Shown in pieces: positions 61,707 through 64,000 of a stretch of DNA of 64,000 nucleotides. The notes beneath the pieces were generated by a model that saw only the letters and a program-made list of their open reading frames with translations, made no database searches and was not told the origin of the DNA. The stretch is from the NCBI GenBank assembly GCA_037447605.1, contig CM074805.1, positions 1,521,361 through 1,585,360 on the forward strand, in the 5' to 3' direction. The position numbers and the translations under genes are program-made. The DNA comes from Zygnema circumcarinatum SAG 698-1b. Lineage: Eukaryota > Plantae > Zygnematophyceae. Numbering within the stretch: position 1 is the stretch's first letter; every line of letters starts with the position of its first letter.

Positions 61707-62206
61707 TTCCTCCTAATGACCGATGATAACTAGAAGCCTAGCTAAGAGAATAGCCGAGGAGAAGACAGGAGAAGAGAGGCCCCAAGGAAGGGCCCTTTGC
61801 GCATCGAGTCCAGCCGCCGGTGGGAACATCTTCAGGATCCCTACGTCTTCCGCTGCGCGTACCTCTGAATCCCCCGGATCCTGGCTCTATGCTGCAGGCA
61901 GATCCACAGCACCAACCCAACCCTTCATCAGTTTCAGCACGGACGCGCGAGTGGCCGTACAGCACCTGCAACTAGCTCAGCAATCTCCTTTTAACCCCAC
62001 TTATCTTGTGCTACATCGGGCTCGCCGCCGAGAGGCGGGACATGTACGGTCGTACGACCGTACGACCGTACATGTTGTAAAGGCGTTGTAAAGTAATATA
62101 TATCAGCCGTTATCTAGTCGTCACAGTTGTATAATATAATATATATTATATAGTCGTAATTAATCCATCCCTAACTGCAACACGACCGTGTTCAGCCACG
62201 CCGTAC

Positions 62207-62653
62207 GGGCGACCAGGATTCGTCAAATACGGGATTTTTTTTTGAGAAAATCCCGTAAATACTGAATACAAACTCAAAAAGTCCTGAAAAGAAAGCCGTC
62301 CTTCAATAATTTAATATGGAGGACAAAAAAAAAACTACATGAGGCGTGCCCGACGTTCGGATGGCGAAACGAAACGAAACAGTGTCTGCCTGCCTGCCTG
62401 CCTGCCCGCCCGCCCGTTGGCCTGCCAGCTTGAATCTCTGGCTGCAGGTTTCAAGCCTGTAAGGCTGGCAATGAAGGAGGAGTACAAGAAGTTGCTGAAG
62501 TTCCAAGCAGGCCACGAAGACAAGTTTGGTCTCAAGGGCAGTCACTGCCCGTGACTCGCAAACAGGCCTTGTGGCTGCTTGTGTGCGTCGTTTCTGCCTC
62601 GTTTTCGGGCGAGATAATAGGGTTGGCGCCAAGAGGAAATCTGCAGGTCGCCC
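62207..62653. mobile_element. Possible degenerate TIR element
   Basis: GGGCGACC..GATTTC / GAAATC..GGTCGCCC ends; no clear TSD. Confidence 0.3.
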
Positions 62654-63165
62654 AAAATACTTCGACAGTCTTCGAATAGGCAACTACATGCAGCATCTTA
62701 CTAACCAGCATCCTTTGAAGGGGACTGAGTACAACCAGATTCTGTCACCATCACAACGAGACTTGTTTTCAAGGATGTGCCTTCTACCAATACTTTGGGA
62801 GCTCATTTTGTAGCCAGTGCATCCTTACATTTCACTATCGGCAAATCGGTGGTCAAGGTGATTATTGGAGCCAAAAAAACAGCCCTAAAAACACTTGGTC
62901 TTCTTGGCAAAAATGTAGGGAGGGCAGCATAGGGTTTGGGTGAGGAACTTTGGAGAAAAGAGAGTTGCCTTTTCAATTCTTTAGTTTTTGGACCAGTGAG
63001 CCTTGGTTTGCGGCTGGGGAAACCACAAGGGAAGCTGCACTTTTCCCATTTGAATCGATTCAACTCTACAAAAGAATCAAATTTAGTTAGTTTTTATAAA
63101 TGACAACATGGGTTGAAAAAGGAGTCGAACTCTGATGCTTCATGTGGTTTTAGACATATGCAATA

Positions 63166-63365
63166 GAGGGAGTCAGACCTTGACCATCGCTTACGAAATT
63201 CCCCAATTCCTTATACTAAAAGTCACTTCTTTCGTGTACGAATTCCGGATCGGCATCCGGGGCTCCGCCGTACACAGCCGTACCGAAATGCGTACCTAGC
63301 CAATGCTGAATTTGCCCGACAGGCTTACGAAATTGATTTGGCGATGGTCAAGGTCTGACTTCCCC
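63166..63365. mobile_element. 200-bp MITE with ~25-bp TIRs
   Basis: AGTCAGACCTTGACCATCGC / GCGATGGTCAAGGTCTGACT are perfect inverted repeats; TA on both flanks. Confidence 0.75.
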
Positions 63366-63631
63366 TAAATGTTAGAAAAACTGTGGTCGTCGAATGCTAC
63401 TACAGGACAAAAACTTCGTCCAAAAGTACAAATAAAGTACCTATGAAGGTACGAAAATGGTACGGAACAAAGAAATCCCGAAAATCACGAAAATGAAACT
63501 CAAAACGGTCCCGCAAATAGTAAAGTACGGGATATTCCGTAAAGGGGGTCCTCGTATTTACCACCCCAAAGAATGCGTCCTCAATATTTTCGCCCCAATT
63601 TTGCCGAAACCACTTTTTTGTACGGTAACTT

Positions 63632-63940
63632 GTGTTAGCCGTACTATCCGTGCTATTCGTACTGTCCGTATTGTCCGTACTATCCAGCGCTCGCTCTTCT
63701 CCCCGTCTTCTTGACTTCGATGCGATACGATACGATATTATATGGTCGATACGATACGAAACTCCCCGATACGGTACTATCCGTACTAGCCGTACGAGCT
63801 GTAGTACAGTACGTTGGTTGGATGACGACAGTATGTACGACAGTATATGCGTCACGATATGTCACGATAGGATACGATGATAAACGATACAGTACGATAC
63901 GGTACGATATGGTACGGTACGATACGTACGGTCCAACATG
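63632..63940. repeat. CGTAC/GATAC-rich array resembling transposon subterminal repeats
   Basis: Five 9-bp CCGTACTAT-like units at 63639-63685, then (TACGA)n-like runs. Confidence 0.7.
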
Positions 63941-64000
63941 AACTCTAACATAATACCGCCCGTCTATTCGTAACACGAACCTTATATATGCAAATTTAAT

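Larger units (their letters stand above)
53317..62015 (+). mobile_element. Ty3/gypsy LTR retrotransposon, degenerate
   Basis: Direct-repeat LTR starts at 53317 and 61017 (TGTAGCGTAA..., ~260 bp alignable); element ends ...GCTACA at 62015; 4-bp TSD TCGG at 53313-53316 and 62016-62019. The 5' LTR runs into an assembly gap. Confidence 0.85.
53070..62173. mobile_element. hAT-like non-autonomous element (~400 bp when empty), split by nested retroelements
   Basis: TIRs TAGGGATGG (53070) and CCATCCCTA (62165-62173); 8-bp TSD GCTGCAAC / ACTGCAAC (7/8). Inverted subterminal GTACGGTCGTAC repeats in both arms. Confidence 0.8.

Noticed and set aside
63632-63940. CRISPR-like array
   Set aside because: Short degenerate units with no unique spacers and no cas genes, in a eukaryotic context.

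Overview
Eukaryotic nuclear DNA from a green plant, most likely a streptophyte alga or early-diverging land plant (inferred from plant-specific families and intron-rich genes). There is no prokaryotic operon, CRISPR array or recognisable tRNA/rRNA. Positions 1-52.4 kb are gene-dense, with twelve genes reconstructed by reading GT-AG exons: the 5' half of MSH1, a NUDT20/24-type Nudix hydrolase, a QALGGH C2H2 zinc-finger protein, a CMP-sialic-acid-transporter-like nucleotide-sugar transporter, rhomboid RBL14, a plastid HMA-domain protein, a Toc159-family receptor, malonyl-CoA:ACP transacylase, an ALS1/TAP-like half ABC-B transporter, TRAPPC2L (not represented as a single ORF in the track), an intronless TH2-like TenA-HAD fusion and a GT92 galactan synthase. 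Positions 53-64 kb are a nested transposon island: a hAT-like MITE, split by a Ty3/gypsy element, which is split by a deleted Ty1/copia element and a further LTR fragment. Most notable: a gypsy 3' LTR with a palindromic LTR-end copy where the polypurine tract should be, one MITE family upstream of both thiamin-related genes, the divergent intronless TH2, and a candidate U12 intron in TRAPPC2L. No clearly new biological system can be established from sequence alone. Family assignments rest on remembered motifs, not database searches.
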